A stretch of DNA of 64,000 bases, from the NCBI RefSeq assembly GCF_058153355.1, contig NZ_CM177019.1. One strand, written 5' to 3'. Below, in pieces: positions 1 to 15,685 of this stretch; position 1 is the first letter of the stretch; the number at the start of each line of letters is the position of its first letter. A program made the translations under genes and the position numbers. Under the pieces are notes generated by a model that was not told the DNA's origin, did no database searches, and saw only the letters and a list, made by a program, of their open reading frames with translations.

Positions 1-672
1 AGCACTTTGTCGCCAACGGTGTCAATTGCCCCAGCCCAGAGTTGTTTTTCCAGAGGACGGGATTCGGCAAACTCATCGCGAGGGAGAATACGGCTGGCAC
101 CTAAACTTTTCAGATATTCATGGGTACTTTCGCGACCGGAAACGGCAACGACCTGATAACCCAACTTATGCAGCAGCGCCACGGCGGTACTGCCGACGCC
201 ACCACTGGCACCCGTTACGACAATCTCGCCGTCCTGCGGGCGAACACCGGCATCTTCCAGCGCCATCACACACAGCATGGCGGTAAAACCGGCAGTACCG
301 ATAATCATTGCTTTACGCGCGTCCAGCCCTTGCGGCATGGCAACCAGCCAGTCACCTTTCACTCGCGCCTGCTCCGCCAGCCCACCCCAGTGGTTTTCAC
401 CAACGCCCCAGCCAGTGAGTAACACGTCCTGACCGGCATGAAAACGCGGATCTTCGCTGGTGCGTACAGTTCCGGCAAAATCGATCCCAGGAATCATCGG
501 AAAATTACGGATGATTTTTCCCTTACCAGTAATCGCCAGCGCATCTTTGTAGTTCAGGCTCGACCAGTGAACATCGACCGTGACATCGCCCTCCGGAAGG
601 TGACTTTCGTCCAGAGTCTGTACCGATGCGAGAGTTTTGCCGTCCTGCTGTTCTAAAAGTAACGCCTGCATA
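1..672 (-). CDS. yhdH: Acrylyl-CoA reductase AcuI/YhdH (quinone oxidoreductase family), 3' end beyond window start
   Basis: Minus-strand frame starts ATG at 670-672 and translates MQALLLEQQDGKTLASVQTLDES...; recognised as YhdH N-terminus; frame runs off the window at position 1. Confidence 0.85.
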
Positions 673-822
673 AGTGGTCCTCATGTGCATGATGGATTGG
701 AAAATAATTTCTGAAGACTATACTCGCTAATGGAAAAGCAAAGCCGATGAAGCGCAATAAATTGCGAGATAAATCTGATTTGCTAGTATGCCCGCTTCCT
801 CACTATCGGAGTTAACACAAGG

Positions 823-2763
823 ATGAGATTAACGACGAAATTTTCGGCCTTTGTTACGCTGCTCACTGGGTTAACAATTTTTGTGACTTTGCTGGGCTGT
901 TCGCTAAGTTTCTACAATGCCATTCAGTATAAGTTTAGTCATCGCGTTCAGGCAGTGGCAACGGCGATTGATACCCACCTTGTGTCGAATGACTTCAGCG
1001 CATTAAGGCCACAAATTACCGAATTAATGATGTCAGCAGATATCGTTCGTGTAGACCTGCTGCACGGCGATAAACAGGTATACACACTGACCAGAAATGG
1101 TAGTTATCGTCCGGTTGGCACCAGCGATCTGTTTCGCGAACTGAGCGTTCCGTTGATAAAGCATCCGGGGATGTCGCTGCGTCTGGTTTATCAGGATCCG
1201 ATGGGCAACTATTTCCATTCGTTGATGACCACCGCGCCGCTCACGGGGGCGATTGGCTTTATCATTCTTATGCTCTTCCTGGCGGTACGCTGGTTACAAC
1301 GGCAACTTGCCGGGCAAGAATTGCTGGAAACCCGGGCTACTCGTATCTTAAACGGTGAGCGTGGCTCTAATGTGTTGGGAACCATCTATGAATGGCCGCC
1401 CAGAACCAGCAGTGCGCTGGATACGCTGCTTCGTGAAATTCAGAACGCACGCGAACAACACAGCCGTCTTGATACGCTGATCCGCTCTTATGCCGCCCAG
1501 GACATGAAAACCGGCCTCAATAACCGACTCTTCTTCGATAATCAGTTAGCAACGTTACTGGAAGATCAGGAAAAAGTAGGTACCCACGGGATCGTGATGA
1601 TGATTCGTCTACCGGATTTCAATATGTTGAGCGATACCTGGGGGCACAGCCAGGTTGAAGAACAGTTCTTCACTCTGACGAATCTGCTGTCGACATTTAT
1701 GATGCGCTACCCTGGCGCACTGCTGGCGCGTTACCACCGCAGTGATTTTGCTGCGCTGTTGCCGCACCGGACGTTAAAAGAGGCTGAGAGCATAGCCAGT
1801 CAGTTAATCAAAGCCGTCGATACCTTGCCGAACAATAAAATGCTCGATCGCGACGATATGATCCACATTGGTATCTGTGCCTGGCGTAGTGGTCAGGATA
1901 CCGAGCAGGTAATGGAACATGCAGAGTCTGCCACGCGTAATGCGGGATTGCAGGGCGGCAATAGCTGGGCTATTTACGATGACTCGTTGCCTGAAAAAGG
2001 ACGCGGTAATGTTCGCTGGCGTACGCTTATCGAGCAAATGCTGAGTCGCGGCGGCCCGCGCCTTTATCAAAAACCGGCGGTTACTCGCGAAGGTCAGGTT
2101 CATCATCGAGAACTCATGTGCCGCATCTTCGATGGTAATGAAGAGGTTAGCTCGGCGGAGTATATGCCGATGGTCTTGCAGTTTGGCTTATCGGAAGAGT
2201 ATGACCGCCTGCAAATCAGCCGTCTGATTCCACTATTGCGTTACTGGCCGGAGGAAAATCTGGCGATTCAGGTTACCGTTGAGTCGCTGATTCGCCCGCG
2301 TTTTCAGCGTTGGCTGCGCGATACGTTAATGCAATGTGAAAGATCGCAACGAAAACGCATAATTATTGAACTTGCAGAGGCCGATGTAGGTCAACATATC
2401 AGTCGTTTACAACCTGTTATTCGTTTAGTGAATGCTTTAGGGGTACGGGTAGCCGTCAACCAGGCTGGTTTGACGCTGGTAAGCACCAGTTGGATCAAAG
2501 AACTTAATGTTGAGTTACTCAAGCTCCATCCGGGGCTGGTCAGAAACATTGAGAAGCGAACGGAGAATCAGCTGCTGGTTCAAAGCCTGGTGGAAGCCTG
2601 CTCCGGGACCAGCACCCAGGTTTACGCCACCGGCGTGCGTTCGCGAAGCGAGTGGCAGACCCTGATTCAGCGCGGTGTTACAGGTGGGCAAGGGGATTTT
2701 TTCGCGTCCTCACAGCCACTTGATACTAACGTGAAAAAATATTCACAAAGATACTCGGTTTAA
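823..2763 (+). CDS. csrD: CsrD, regulator of CsrB/CsrC sRNA decay (degenerate GGDEF-EAL protein)
   Basis: 646-aa ORF MRLTTKFSAFVTLLTG...; length and position upstream of mreB match CsrD. Confidence 0.9.
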   Translation: MRLTTKFSAFVTLLTGLTIFVTLLGCSLSFYNAIQYKFSHRVQAVATAIDTHLVSNDFSALRPQITELMMSADIVRVDLLHGDKQVYTLTRNGSYRPVGTSDLFRELSVPLIKHPGMSLRLVYQDPMGNYFHSLMTTAPLTGAIGFIILMLFLAVRWLQRQLAGQELLETRATRILNGERGSNVLGTIYEWPPRTSSALDTLLREIQNAREQHSRLDTLIRSYAAQDMKTGLNNRLFFDNQLATLLEDQEKVGTHGIVMMIRLPDFNMLSDTWGHSQVEEQFFTLTNLLSTFMMRYPGALLARYHRSDFAALLPHRTLKEAESIASQLIKAVDTLPNNKMLDRDDMIHIGICAWRSGQDTEQVMEHAESATRNAGLQGGNSWAIYDDSLPEKGRGNVRWRTLIEQMLSRGGPRLYQKPAVTREGQVHHRELMCRIFDGNEEVSSAEYMPMVLQFGLSEEYDRLQISRLIPLLRYWPEENLAIQVTVESLIRPRFQRWLRDTLMQCERSQRKRIIIELAEADVGQHISRLQPVIRLVNALGVRVAVNQAGLTLVSTSWIKELNVELLKLHPGLVRNIEKRTENQLLVQSLVEACSGTSTQVYATGVRSRSEWQTLIQRGVTGGQGDFFASSQPLDTNVKKYSQRYSV

Positions 2764-2941
2764 CCTGCCGTTTAATCCGTTTTCACGTAGAATAACGCGC
2801 GCTGCGTCTCATGGGAGTGTGCTTGTCTGCTCGCCAGATTGTTGCAGCACATATGCAGATGAATGACCTTACGCGGTTGCAAACAGGCGAGGAATGCTGC
2901 TGATGCATTAAGCCTTTCTGGACTCAGGCAGAGATTTGTAA

Positions 2942-4111
<1,170 letters not shown>

Positions 4112-4176
4112 TCGGATACAGGCAGGGGAAGCGTCTGTTTACCCTGCTTGGTCTGATACGAGAATACGCATAACTT

Positions 4177-5768
<1,592 letters not shown>

Positions 5769-5776
5769 AGGTTTCT

Positions 5777-6370
5777 ATGACTTCTCTGTATTTAGCTTCC
5801 GGTTCTCCGCGTCGTCAGGAGTTACTTGCGCAACTTGGCGTGACCTTTGAACGTATTGTTACGGGCATTGAGGAGCAGCGTCAGCCGCAGGAGAGCGCGC
5901 AGCAATATGTTGTGCGTCTGGCGCGCGAGAAAGCACAGGCGGGTGTCACGCACACGGCGCAGGATCTCCCGGTGCTGGGTGCGGATACTATCGTTATCCT
6001 GAATGGAGAAGTGCTGGAGAAACCGCGCGACGCAGATCATGCGGCGCAGATGTTGCGCAAACTATCGGGTCAGACCCATCAGGTGATGACGGCAGTGGCG
6101 TTGGCCGACAGTCAGCACATTCTCGATTGCCTGGTGGTCACCGATGTGACGTTCAGAACGTTAACAGACGAAGACATCGCGGGCTATGTCGCCAGCGGAG
6201 AACCGTTAGATAAAGCAGGTGCATACGGTATTCAGGGGTTGGGTGGCTGTTTTGTCAGGAAGATAAATGGCAGCTATCACGCCGTAGTCGGCTTACCGCT
6301 GGTTGAAACGTATGAATTATTAAGTAATTTTAACGCACTGCGTGAGAAAAGGGATAAACATGACGGCTGA
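5777..6370 (+). CDS. yhdE: Maf-family nucleoside triphosphate pyrophosphatase YhdE
   Basis: 197-aa [24 protein letters not shown]... (Maf signature SGSPRR). Confidence 0.9.
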   Translation: MTSLYLASGSPRRQELLAQLGVTFERIVTGIEEQRQPQESAQQYVVRLAREKAQAGVTHTAQDLPVLGADTIVILNGEVLEKPRDADHAAQMLRKLSGQTHQVMTAVALADSQHILDCLVVTDVTFRTLTDEDIAGYVASGEPLDKAGAYGIQGLGGCFVRKINGSYHAVVGLPLVETYELLSNFNALREKRDKHDG

Positions 6371-7829
6371 ATTGTTGGTAAACGTAACGCCTTCGGAAAC
6401 GCGAGTGGCGTATATTGATGGCGGTATTCTGCAGGAAATTCATATTGAACGTGAGGCGCGACGCGGAATAGTAGGCAATATCTACAAGGGTCGTGTAAGT
6501 CGTGTACTTCCGGGTATGCAGGCGGCTTTTGTAGATATTGGGCTGGATAAAGCCGCGTTTCTTCATGCATCCGACATCATGCCGCATACTGAGTGTGTGG
6601 CGGGTGAAGAGCAAAAGCAATTCACGGTGCGCGACATCTCGGAACTGGTCCGTCAGGGGCAAGATCTGATGGTGCAGGTGGTGAAAGATCCGCTTGGTAC
6701 TAAAGGTGCGCGCCTGACCACCGATATCACTCTGCCATCTCGCTATCTGGTTTTTATGCCAGGTGCTTCTCATGTTGGGGTTTCCCAACGTATCGAAAGC
6801 GAATCCGAACGTGAACGCCTGAAAAAAGTGGTCGCGGAGTATTGCGACGAGCAGGGCGGGTTTATCATCCGTACTGCAGCGGAAGGTGTTGGTGAGGCTG
6901 AACTGGCCTCCGATGCCGCTTATCTGAAACGTGTCTGGACCAAAGTCATGGAGCGTAAAAAGCGCCCGCAGACCCGTTATCAGCTATACGGCGAACTGGC
7001 GTTGGCGCAGCGTGTTCTGCGTGATTTCGCCGACGCCGAGCTGGACCGCATTCGCGTTGACTCGCGCCTGACTTACGAAGCATTGCTGGAGTTTACCTCG
7101 GAGTACATTCCCGAGATGACCAGCAAGCTGGAGCATTACACAGGCCGCCAACCGATTTTCGATCTCTTTGATGTTGAAAACGAAATCCAGCGGGCGCTGG
7201 AACGCAAAGTTGAACTAAAATCCGGTGGCTATCTGATTATCGACCAGACCGAAGCGATGACCACCGTGGACATCAATACCGGGGCGTTTGTCGGTCATCG
7301 CAATCTGGACGACACCATCTTCAATACCAATATTGAAGCGACGCAGGCTATTGCTCGCCAGTTACGGTTGCGTAACCTGGGCGGGATCATCATTATTGAT
7401 TTCATCGACATGAATAATGAAGATCACCGTCGCCGCGTGTTGCATTCGCTGGAGCAGGCGTTGAGCAAAGACCGGGTGAAAACCAGCGTTAATGGTTTTT
7501 CGGCGCTGGGGCTGGTGGAGATGACGCGTAAACGCACTCGCGAAAGCATTGAGCACGTACTATGTAACGAATGCCCAACCTGTCACGGTCGCGGAACGGT
7601 GAAAACCGTGGAAACGGTATGCTATGAAATCATGCGCGAGATTGTTCGTGTACACCATGCTTACGATTCCGACCGTTTCCTGGTCTATGCTTCTCCGGCA
7701 GTAGCCGAAGCCTTGAAAGGCGAAGAGTCACACTCGCTGGCGGAAGTGGAAATTTTCGTTGGCAAACAGGTTAAAGTACAAATTGAACCGCTCTATAACC
7801 AGGAGCAGTTTGACGTCGTAATGATGTAA
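6360..7829 (+). CDS. rng: Ribonuclease G
   Basis: ORF-track frame 6342-7829; canonical start [22 protein letters not shown] at 6360 gives 489 aa; S1 plus RNase E/G catalytic domain. Confidence 0.9.
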
Positions 7830-7896
7830 ACAGATGCTGGGCCGCCATCCGGCAAAGGGTTTTTGAGTCACATTTTTAGCAGACAAGGAGTGACGG

Positions 7897-10800
7897 GTGA
7901 GGCGATTGCCGGGGATTTTACTGCTTACTGGAGCCGCGCTCGTTGTGATCGCTGCCCTGCTGGTTAGCGGCCTGCGTATTGCTTTACCGCATCTTGACGC
8001 CTGGCGTCCGGAAATCCTCAACAAAATAGAATCCGCGACTGGCATGCCGGTAGAAGCCAGCCAGCTCTCAGCCAGCTGGCAGAATTTTGGCCCGACGCTT
8101 GAAGCGCGCGACATCCGTGCAGAGCTAAAAGATGGCGGCGAATTTTCGGTTAAACGCGTTACGCTGGCGCTGGATGTCTGGCAGAGCTTGTTACATATGC
8201 GCTGGCAGTTTCGTGACCTCACTTTCTGGCAGCTGCGCTTTCGCACCAACACTCCTATCACCAGCAGCGGTGGTAATGATAGCCTGGAAGCCAGTCACAT
8301 CAGCGATCTGTTTCTTCGTCAGTTCGACCATTTCGATCTCCGTGACAGCGAAGTCAGTTTCCTGACGCCATCCGGTCAGCGTGCTGAGCTGGCGATTCCA
8401 CAACTCACCTGGCTAAACGATCCACGTCGACACCGTGCGGAAGGCCAGGTAAGCCTCTCCAGCCTTACCGGTCAGCACGGCGTGATGCAGGTGCGCATGG
8501 ATTTGCGCGATGATGAGGGGTTGTTAAGCAATGGTCGAGTCTGGCTCCAGGCGGATGACATCGACCTGAAGCCGTGGCTCGGTAAATGGATGCAGGACAA
8601 TATTGCGCTGGAAACGGCACAGTTCTCCCTTGAAGGCTGGATGACGATCGACAAAGGCGATGTAACCGGCGGTGACGTCTGGCTGAAACAGGGCGGTGCC
8701 AGCTGGTTGGGCGAGAAGCAAACGCATACGCTGTCGGTGGATAATCTGACCGCGCATATTACGCGTGAAAACCCGGGCTGGCAGTTCTCTATTCCCGACA
8801 CACGGATCACGATGGACGGCAAACCCTGGCCGAGCGGAGCATTGACGCTGGCCTGGATACCGGAACAGAACGTTGGCGGCAAAGACAATAAACGCAGTGA
8901 CGAACTCCGGATTCGCGCCAGTAATCTGGAGCTGGCAGGCCTGGAGGGCGTACGCCCGCTGGCCGCGAAACTTTCACCTGCACTTGGTGATGTTTGGCGC
9001 TCCACACAACCGAGCGGCAAGATTAACACTCTGGCGCTGGATATCCCGCTTCAGGCGGCAGACAAGACCCGTTTTCAGGCATCGTGGAGCGATCTGGCCT
9101 GGAAGCAATGGAAATTATTACCGGGTGCGGAACACTTCTCCGGGACGCTTTCCGGCAGCGTAGAAAATGGTTTGCTTACCGCGTCGATGAAGCAGGCAAA
9201 GATGCCTTACGAAACGGTATTCCGTGCGCCACTGGAAATCGCAGACGGCCAGGCTACGATAAGCTGGCTGAACAATGACAAAGGTTTCCAGCTGGATGGG
9301 CGTAATATTGACGTTAAAGCCAAAGCCGTCCATGCGCGCGGCGGTTTTCGTTACCTGCAACCTGCTAACGATGAACCCTGGCTGGGTATTCTGGCTGGCA
9401 TCAGTACCGATGATGGTTCACAAGCCTGGCGCTATTTCCCGGAAAACTTGATGGGTAAAGACCTGGTTGATTACTTAAGTGGCGCGATTCAGGGCGGTGA
9501 AGCGGATAACGCGACGCTGGTTTATGGTGGTAATCCGCAACTCTTCCCCTATAAACACAATGAAGGTCAGTTTGAAGTGCTGGTGCCGCTGCGCAACGCG
9601 AAGTTTGCCTTCCAGCCGGACTGGCCTGCGTTAACGAACCTCGATATTGAACTGGACTTTATTAACGACGGTTTATGGATGAAAACCGATGGCGTTAATC
9701 TGGGCGGTGTGCGGGCCACTGATCTCACCGCAGTGATCCCTGACTACTCGAAAGAAAAACTGCTGATTGACGCTGACATTAAAGGTCCGGGTAAAGCCGT
9801 TGGCCCTTACTTTGATGAGACACCGTTGAAAGATTCTCTGGGTGCGACCCTGCAAGAACTCCAGCTCGACGGCGATGTGAATGCTCGCTTACATCTCGAT
9901 ATTCCGCTAAACGGCGAACTGGTTACCGCGAAAGGTGAAGTGACGCTGCGTAACAACAGTCTGTTTATCAAACCGCTTGATAGCACACTGAAAAATTTGA
10001 GCGGTAAATTCAGCTTTATCAATGGCGATCTGCAAAGCGAACCACTGACAGCAAGCTGGTTTAATCAGCCATTGAACGTGGATTTTTCCACCAAAGAAGG
10101 GACGAAAGCCTACCAGGTCGCGGTGAATCTCAACGGTAACTGGCAACCCGCGAAAACTGGCGTTCTGCCTGCAGCGGTGAACGAAGCATTGAGTGGCAGC
10201 GTGGCGTGGGATGGTAAAGTGGGCATTGAGCTGCCTTATCAAGCTGGCGCGACGTATAACGTAGAGCTAAACGGCGATTTGAAGAATGTGAGCAGTCACT
10301 TACCTTCACCGTTAGCCAAACCTGCGGGTGAACCACTGCCGGTAAACGTTAAGGTTGATGGCAATCTCAACAGTTTTGATTTAACCGGACAGGCTGGTGC
10401 GGATAACCATTTCAATAGCCGCTGGTTGCTTGGTCAAAAGCTGACGCTCGATCGTGCTATTTGGGCGGCAGACAGTAAAACGCTCCCGCCGTTGCCGGAA
10501 CAAAGTGGCGTTGAACTCAATATGCCGCCGATGAATGGTGCCGAGTGGCTGGCCCTGTTCCAGAAAGGTGCGGCGGAGAGTGTCGGTGGTGCAGCGAGTT
10601 TCCCACAACACATAACGTTACGTACGCCTATGTTGTCGCTGGGAAATCAGCAATGGAATAACCTGAGTATTGTTTCGCAACCGACGGCAAATGGCACCCA
10701 GGTTGAGGCGCAAGGGCGTGAAATCAACGCCACGCTGGCGATGCGTAATAACGCGCCGTGGCTGGCGAATATCAAATATCTTTATTACAACCCGAGCGAG

Positions 10801-11697
10801 GCGAAAACTCGTGGTGATTCAACGCCGTCATCACCTTTCCCGACAACGGAGCGCATTAACTTCCGTGGCTGGCCGGACGCACAAATACGATGCGCAGAGT
10901 GCTGGTTCTGGGGGCAAAAATTCGGTCGTATTGACAGTGATCTCACCATTTCTGGCGATACATTAACGCTGACCAATGGACTGATTGATACCGGTTTCTC
11001 GCGGCTCACTGCCGATGGTGAATGGGTTAATAATCCGGGGAATGAACGTACCTCGCTGAAAGGAAAACTGCGCGGGCAGAAAATTGATGCCGCCGCAGAA
11101 TTTTTTGGTGTCACGACGCCCATACGCCAGTCGTCATTTAATGTGGATTACGATTTACACTGGCGTAAAGCACCGTGGCAGCCAGATGAGGCGACGTTGA
11201 ATGGCATCATTCATACTCAACTGGGTAAAGGCGAAATTACCGAAATCAATACCGGACATGCCGGGCAATTGCTGCGCTTATTGAGCGTAGATGCCCTGAT
11301 GCGTAAGCTGCGTTTTGATTTCAGAGACACTTTTGGCGAAGGGTTCTATTTTGACTCCATTCGCAGCACCGCGTGGATTAAAGACGGCGTTATGCACACC
11401 GACGACACGCTGGTGGATGGCCTGGAGGCGGATATCGCCATGAAAGGGTCGGTAAATCTGGTACGTCGCGACCTGAATATGGAAGCGGTTGTCGCACCAG
11501 AGATTTCTGCGACGGTGGGCGTGGCTGCGGCTTTTGCGGTTAACCCCATTGTTGGAGCGGCAGTATTTGCAGCCAGTAAAGTGCTGGGGCCGCTGTGGAG
11601 CAAAGTCTCCATTTTGCGCTATCACATTTCGGGTCCGCTGGACGATCCGCAAATCAACGAAGTGTTGCGCCAACCGCGTAAAGAAAAAGCGCAATGA
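7897..11697 (+). CDS. yhdP: AsmA-family inner-membrane protein YhdP (envelope phospholipid transport)
   Basis: 1266-aa ORF with GTG start and N-terminal TM helix; length and position match YhdP. Confidence 0.9.
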   Translation: MRRLPGILLLTGAALVVIAALLVSGLRIALPHLDAWRPEILNKIESATGMPVEASQLSASWQNFGPTLEARDIRAELKDGGEFSVKRVTLALDVWQSLLHMRWQFRDLTFWQLRFRTNTPITSSGGNDSLEASHISDLFLRQFDHFDLRDSEVSFLTPSGQRAELAIPQLTWLNDPRRHRAEGQVSLSSLTGQHGVMQVRMDLRDDEGLLSNGRVWLQADDIDLKPWLGKWMQDNIALETAQFSLEGWMTIDKGDVTGGDVWLKQGGASWLGEKQTHTLSVDNLTAHITRENPGWQFSIPDTRITMDGKPWPSGALTLAWIPEQNVGGKDNKRSDELRIRASNLELAGLEGVRPLAAKLSPALGDVWRSTQPSGKINTLALDIPLQAADKTRFQASWSDLAWKQWKLLPGAEHFSGTLSGSVENGLLTASMKQAKMPYETVFRAPLEIADGQATISWLNNDKGFQLDGRNIDVKAKAVHARGGFRYLQPANDEPWLGILAGISTDDGSQAWRYFPENLMGKDLVDYLSGAIQGGEADNATLVYGGNPQLFPYKHNEGQFEVLVPLRNAKFAFQPDWPALTNLDIELDFINDGLWMKTDGVNLGGVRATDLTAVIPDYSKEKLLIDADIKGPGKAVGPYFDETPLKDSLGATLQELQLDGDVNARLHLDIPLNGELVTAKGEVTLRNNSLFIKPLDSTLKNLSGKFSFINGDLQSEPLTASWFNQPLNVDFSTKEGTKAYQVAVNLNGNWQPAKTGVLPAAVNEALSGSVAWDGKVGIELPYQAGATYNVELNGDLKNVSSHLPSPLAKPAGEPLPVNVKVDGNLNSFDLTGQAGADNHFNSRWLLGQKLTLDRAIWAADSKTLPPLPEQSGVELNMPPMNGAEWLALFQKGAAESVGGAASFPQHITLRTPMLSLGNQQWNNLSIVSQPTANGTQVEAQGREINATLAMRNNAPWLANIKYLYYNPSEAKTRGDSTPSSPFPTTERINFRGWPDAQIRCAECWFWGQKFGRIDSDLTISGDTLTLTNGLIDTGFSRLTADGEWVNNPGNERTSLKGKLRGQKIDAAAEFFGVTTPIRQSSFNVDYDLHWRKAPWQPDEATLNGIIHTQLGKGEITEINTGHAGQLLRLLSVDALMRKLRFDFRDTFGEGFYFDSIRSTAWIKDGVMHTDDTLVDGLEADIAMKGSVNLVRRDLNMEAVVAPEISATVGVAAAFAVNPIVGAAVFAASKVLGPLWSKVSILRYHISGPLDDPQINEVLRQPRKEKAQ

Positions 11698-11771
11698 TTT
11701 GACGAGGGCGCGTAATTGCCCCAATCTCATATGATAATCGTTGCCAAAGGCCAACGAGCCGGAACATAACC

Positions 11772-11807
11772 GTAGGCCGGATAGGGCGTTCACGCCGCAT
11801 CCGGCAG
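11772..11807. repeat. REP (repetitive extragenic palindromic) element
   Basis: gtaggccggatagggcgttcacgccgcatccggcag in the yhdP-tldD intergenic region; matches the canonical REP consensus. Confidence 0.6.
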
Positions 11808-11837
11808 CCGTAAAAAATCCTCTACTGCAGTAACTAA

Positions 11838-13298
<1,461 letters not shown>

Positions 13299-13425
13299 TA
13301 ATTTCAGTATTTTCAGAAGGATAATTAATCCTTCTCCGTGTACGAACGGTCCCCTTGCCCCTCTGTGGAGAAGGTTAGGGGAACCCGTTGGCACAGGTTT
13401 GTACAACGTAACAGTACAATATGAA

Positions 13426-14355
13426 TTACTTCTCTTTCCCGCGCCCGTGCATTTCCTGAAACAATTTACCGACCTCAACAAAATAATCCGTCAGTGAGTT
13501 GATCACGACCTGTACCTTCAGCGGCAGCTTATCTTTTTCGGTATACAACGCATAAACCGGGCGTGGATCTGACTGGTAACGTGGCAGCAGGATCTCGAGT
13601 TCCCCGCGATTGATCTCGTTGATCACCCACATCAGCGGCACGTAGGCGATCCCAGCGCCTGCAGTCAGCCAGCGCACCAGCGTCATCGGATCATTAGTCA
13701 CAAATCTCCCTTGCGGGATCAGGCGAGTCGAGATCCCTTCCGGTGCGATCAGTTCAAATTCATTGTCGGGCCGCACGCTGTATTCAAGCCATGAATGGCT
13801 ACTTAAATCGGCGGGTTTTTCCGGTATGCCGTATTGTGTGAGATAGCTTTTTGCGGCGCACACCACCATTGGCATCGCGCCCAGACGGCGGGAAAACAGG
13901 CTGGAATCTTGCAACGCGCCGACGCGGATCACCACATCCAGACCGTCGGCAATCAGGTCGGGGGCAGGAATTCCGGTAACCAGATTAACGCTCAAACCTG
14001 GGTATTCTTTCAGCATTTTGGCTGTTAGCCCGGCGAGAACATTTTGTGCCATAGTTGAAGAACAGCCAATGCGCAGCGTCCCGATGGGGGTGTTATTGAA
14101 GGCATACAGTTGCTCATGAACATCCTGCACTTCATGAAGCATCCGACGGCAGCCCTGGTAGTAAATTCTACCGGCTTCGGTCAGGCCAATGCTGCGTGTG
14201 CTACGGTTTAACAGCTTTACCTGCAACTCATCTTCCAGTTTTGACACCGTCTGACTGATGGACGAAACGCTCATCTGTAGCTGTCTGGCGGCGGCGGTAA
14301 AAGAGCCAAATTCAACTACTTTGGCAAACACCGACATGCGTTTTAGTCGTTCCAT
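13426..14355 (-). CDS. aaeR: LysR-family transcriptional activator AaeR
   Basis: 309-aa ORF with N-terminal HTH (MERLKRMSVFAKVVEFGSFTAAARQLQMSVSSISQTV); divergent from aaeXAB. Confidence 0.9.
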   Translation of the reverse strand: MERLKRMSVFAKVVEFGSFTAAARQLQMSVSSISQTVSKLEDELQVKLLNRSTRSIGLTEAGRIYYQGCRRMLHEVQDVHEQLYAFNNTPIGTLRIGCSSTMAQNVLAGLTAKMLKEYPGLSVNLVTGIPAPDLIADGLDVVIRVGALQDSSLFSRRLGAMPMVVCAAKSYLTQYGIPEKPADLSSHSWLEYSVRPDNEFELIAPEGISTRLIPQGRFVTNDPMTLVRWLTAGAGIAYVPLMWVINEINRGELEILLPRYQSDPRPVYALYTEKDKLPLKVQVVINSLTDYFVEVGKLFQEMHGRGKEK

Positions 14356-14536
14356 TATTCACTCTGACTTAAAAGTGATTTAGATCACATAATATAGATA
14401 ACAGCATAACAGTTACGTTAATATATTAAATATCAATCTACAGCAATGTGCTCTCGCCCGGCTTTCCATGCCCTTCTCTGCGGCGACAGATGCTGAAAAT
14501 AATAACGCCTGCTCTCTCTATACAACCAAGGTCAAC

Positions 14537-14740
14537 ATGAGTCTGTTTCCCGTTATCGTGGTGTTTGGGCTGTCCTTCCCACCGATATTTTTCGAATTGC
14601 TTTTATCACTGGCGATTTTCTGGCTGGTGCGCCGGGTACTTGTGCCAACAGGTATCTACGACTTTGTCTGGCATCCGGCGTTGTTCAACACCGCGCTCTA
14701 TTGCTGCTTGTTTTATTTGATATCGCGACTGTTCGTTTGA
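14537..14740 (+). CDS. aaeX: Small membrane protein AaeX
   Basis: Canonical start [22 protein letters not shown] inside ORF-track frame 14468-14740; 67 aa. Confidence 0.8.
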
Positions 14741-14747
14741 GGTTGAA

Positions 14748-15680
14748 GTGAAAACACTAATAAGAAAATTCTCCCGTACGGCCATCACGGTCGTATTAGT
14801 CATTCTGGCCTTCATCGCAATTTTTAATGCCTGGGTCTATTACACCGAATCCCCGTGGACGCGTGACGCGCGCTTTAGCGCTGACGTCGTTGCGATCGCG
14901 CCGGACGTTTCTGGACTCATTACCCAGGTGAATGTTCATGATAACCAGCTGGTGAAAAAAGGACAGGTACTGTTCACCATCGACCAGCCGCGTTATCAAA
15001 AGGCGCTTGAGGAAGCGCAAGCCGATGTTGCTTATTATCAGGTACTGGCACAGGAGAAACGCCAGGAGGCCGGACGTCGTAACCGTCTCGGTGTGCAGGC
15101 GATGTCTCGCGAAGAGATCGATCAGGCCAACAACGTACTACAAACGGTTCTGCATCAGTTAGCGAAAGCGCAGGCGACCCGCGATCTGGCAAAACTGGAT
15201 CTTGAACGCACGGTGATCCGCGCGCCAGCAGATGGCTGGGTGACCAACCTCAACGTCTATACCGGTGAGTTTATTACCCGTGGATCAACGGCGGTTGCGC
15301 TGGTGAAACAGAACTCCTTCTATGTACTGGCCTATATGGAAGAAACTAAGCTGGAAGGGGTGCGCCCTGGGTATCGTGCAGAGATCACGCCGCTTGGCAG
15401 TAACAAAGTGCTGAAAGGGACTGTTGATAGTGTTGCCGCTGGGGTCACCAACGCCAGCAGCACGCGTGACGACAAAGGGATGGCGACCATCGACTCTAAC
15501 CTTGAATGGGTGCGTTTGGCGCAACGTGTTCCGGTTCGTATTCGTCTCGACAACCAGCAAGAGAACATCTGGCCTGCGGGCACCACTGCTACAGTGGTGG
15601 TCACTGGCAAACAAGATCGCGACGAAAGCCAGGATTCGTTCTTCCGTAAAATGGCCCATCGCCTGCGTGAGTTTGGTTAA
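14748..15680 (+). CDS. aaeA: p-Hydroxybenzoic acid efflux pump subunit AaeA (membrane fusion protein)
   Basis: 310-aa ORF with GTG start; HlyD-like membrane fusion protein. Confidence 0.9.
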
Positions 15681-15685
15681 TCACG

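Noticed and set aside
13299-13425. Short hairpins between convergent tldD and aaeR (for example gaaggataattaatccttc)
   Set aside because: The stems are short and AT-rich without clear U-runs on either strand; too weak to call as a terminator or REP element.
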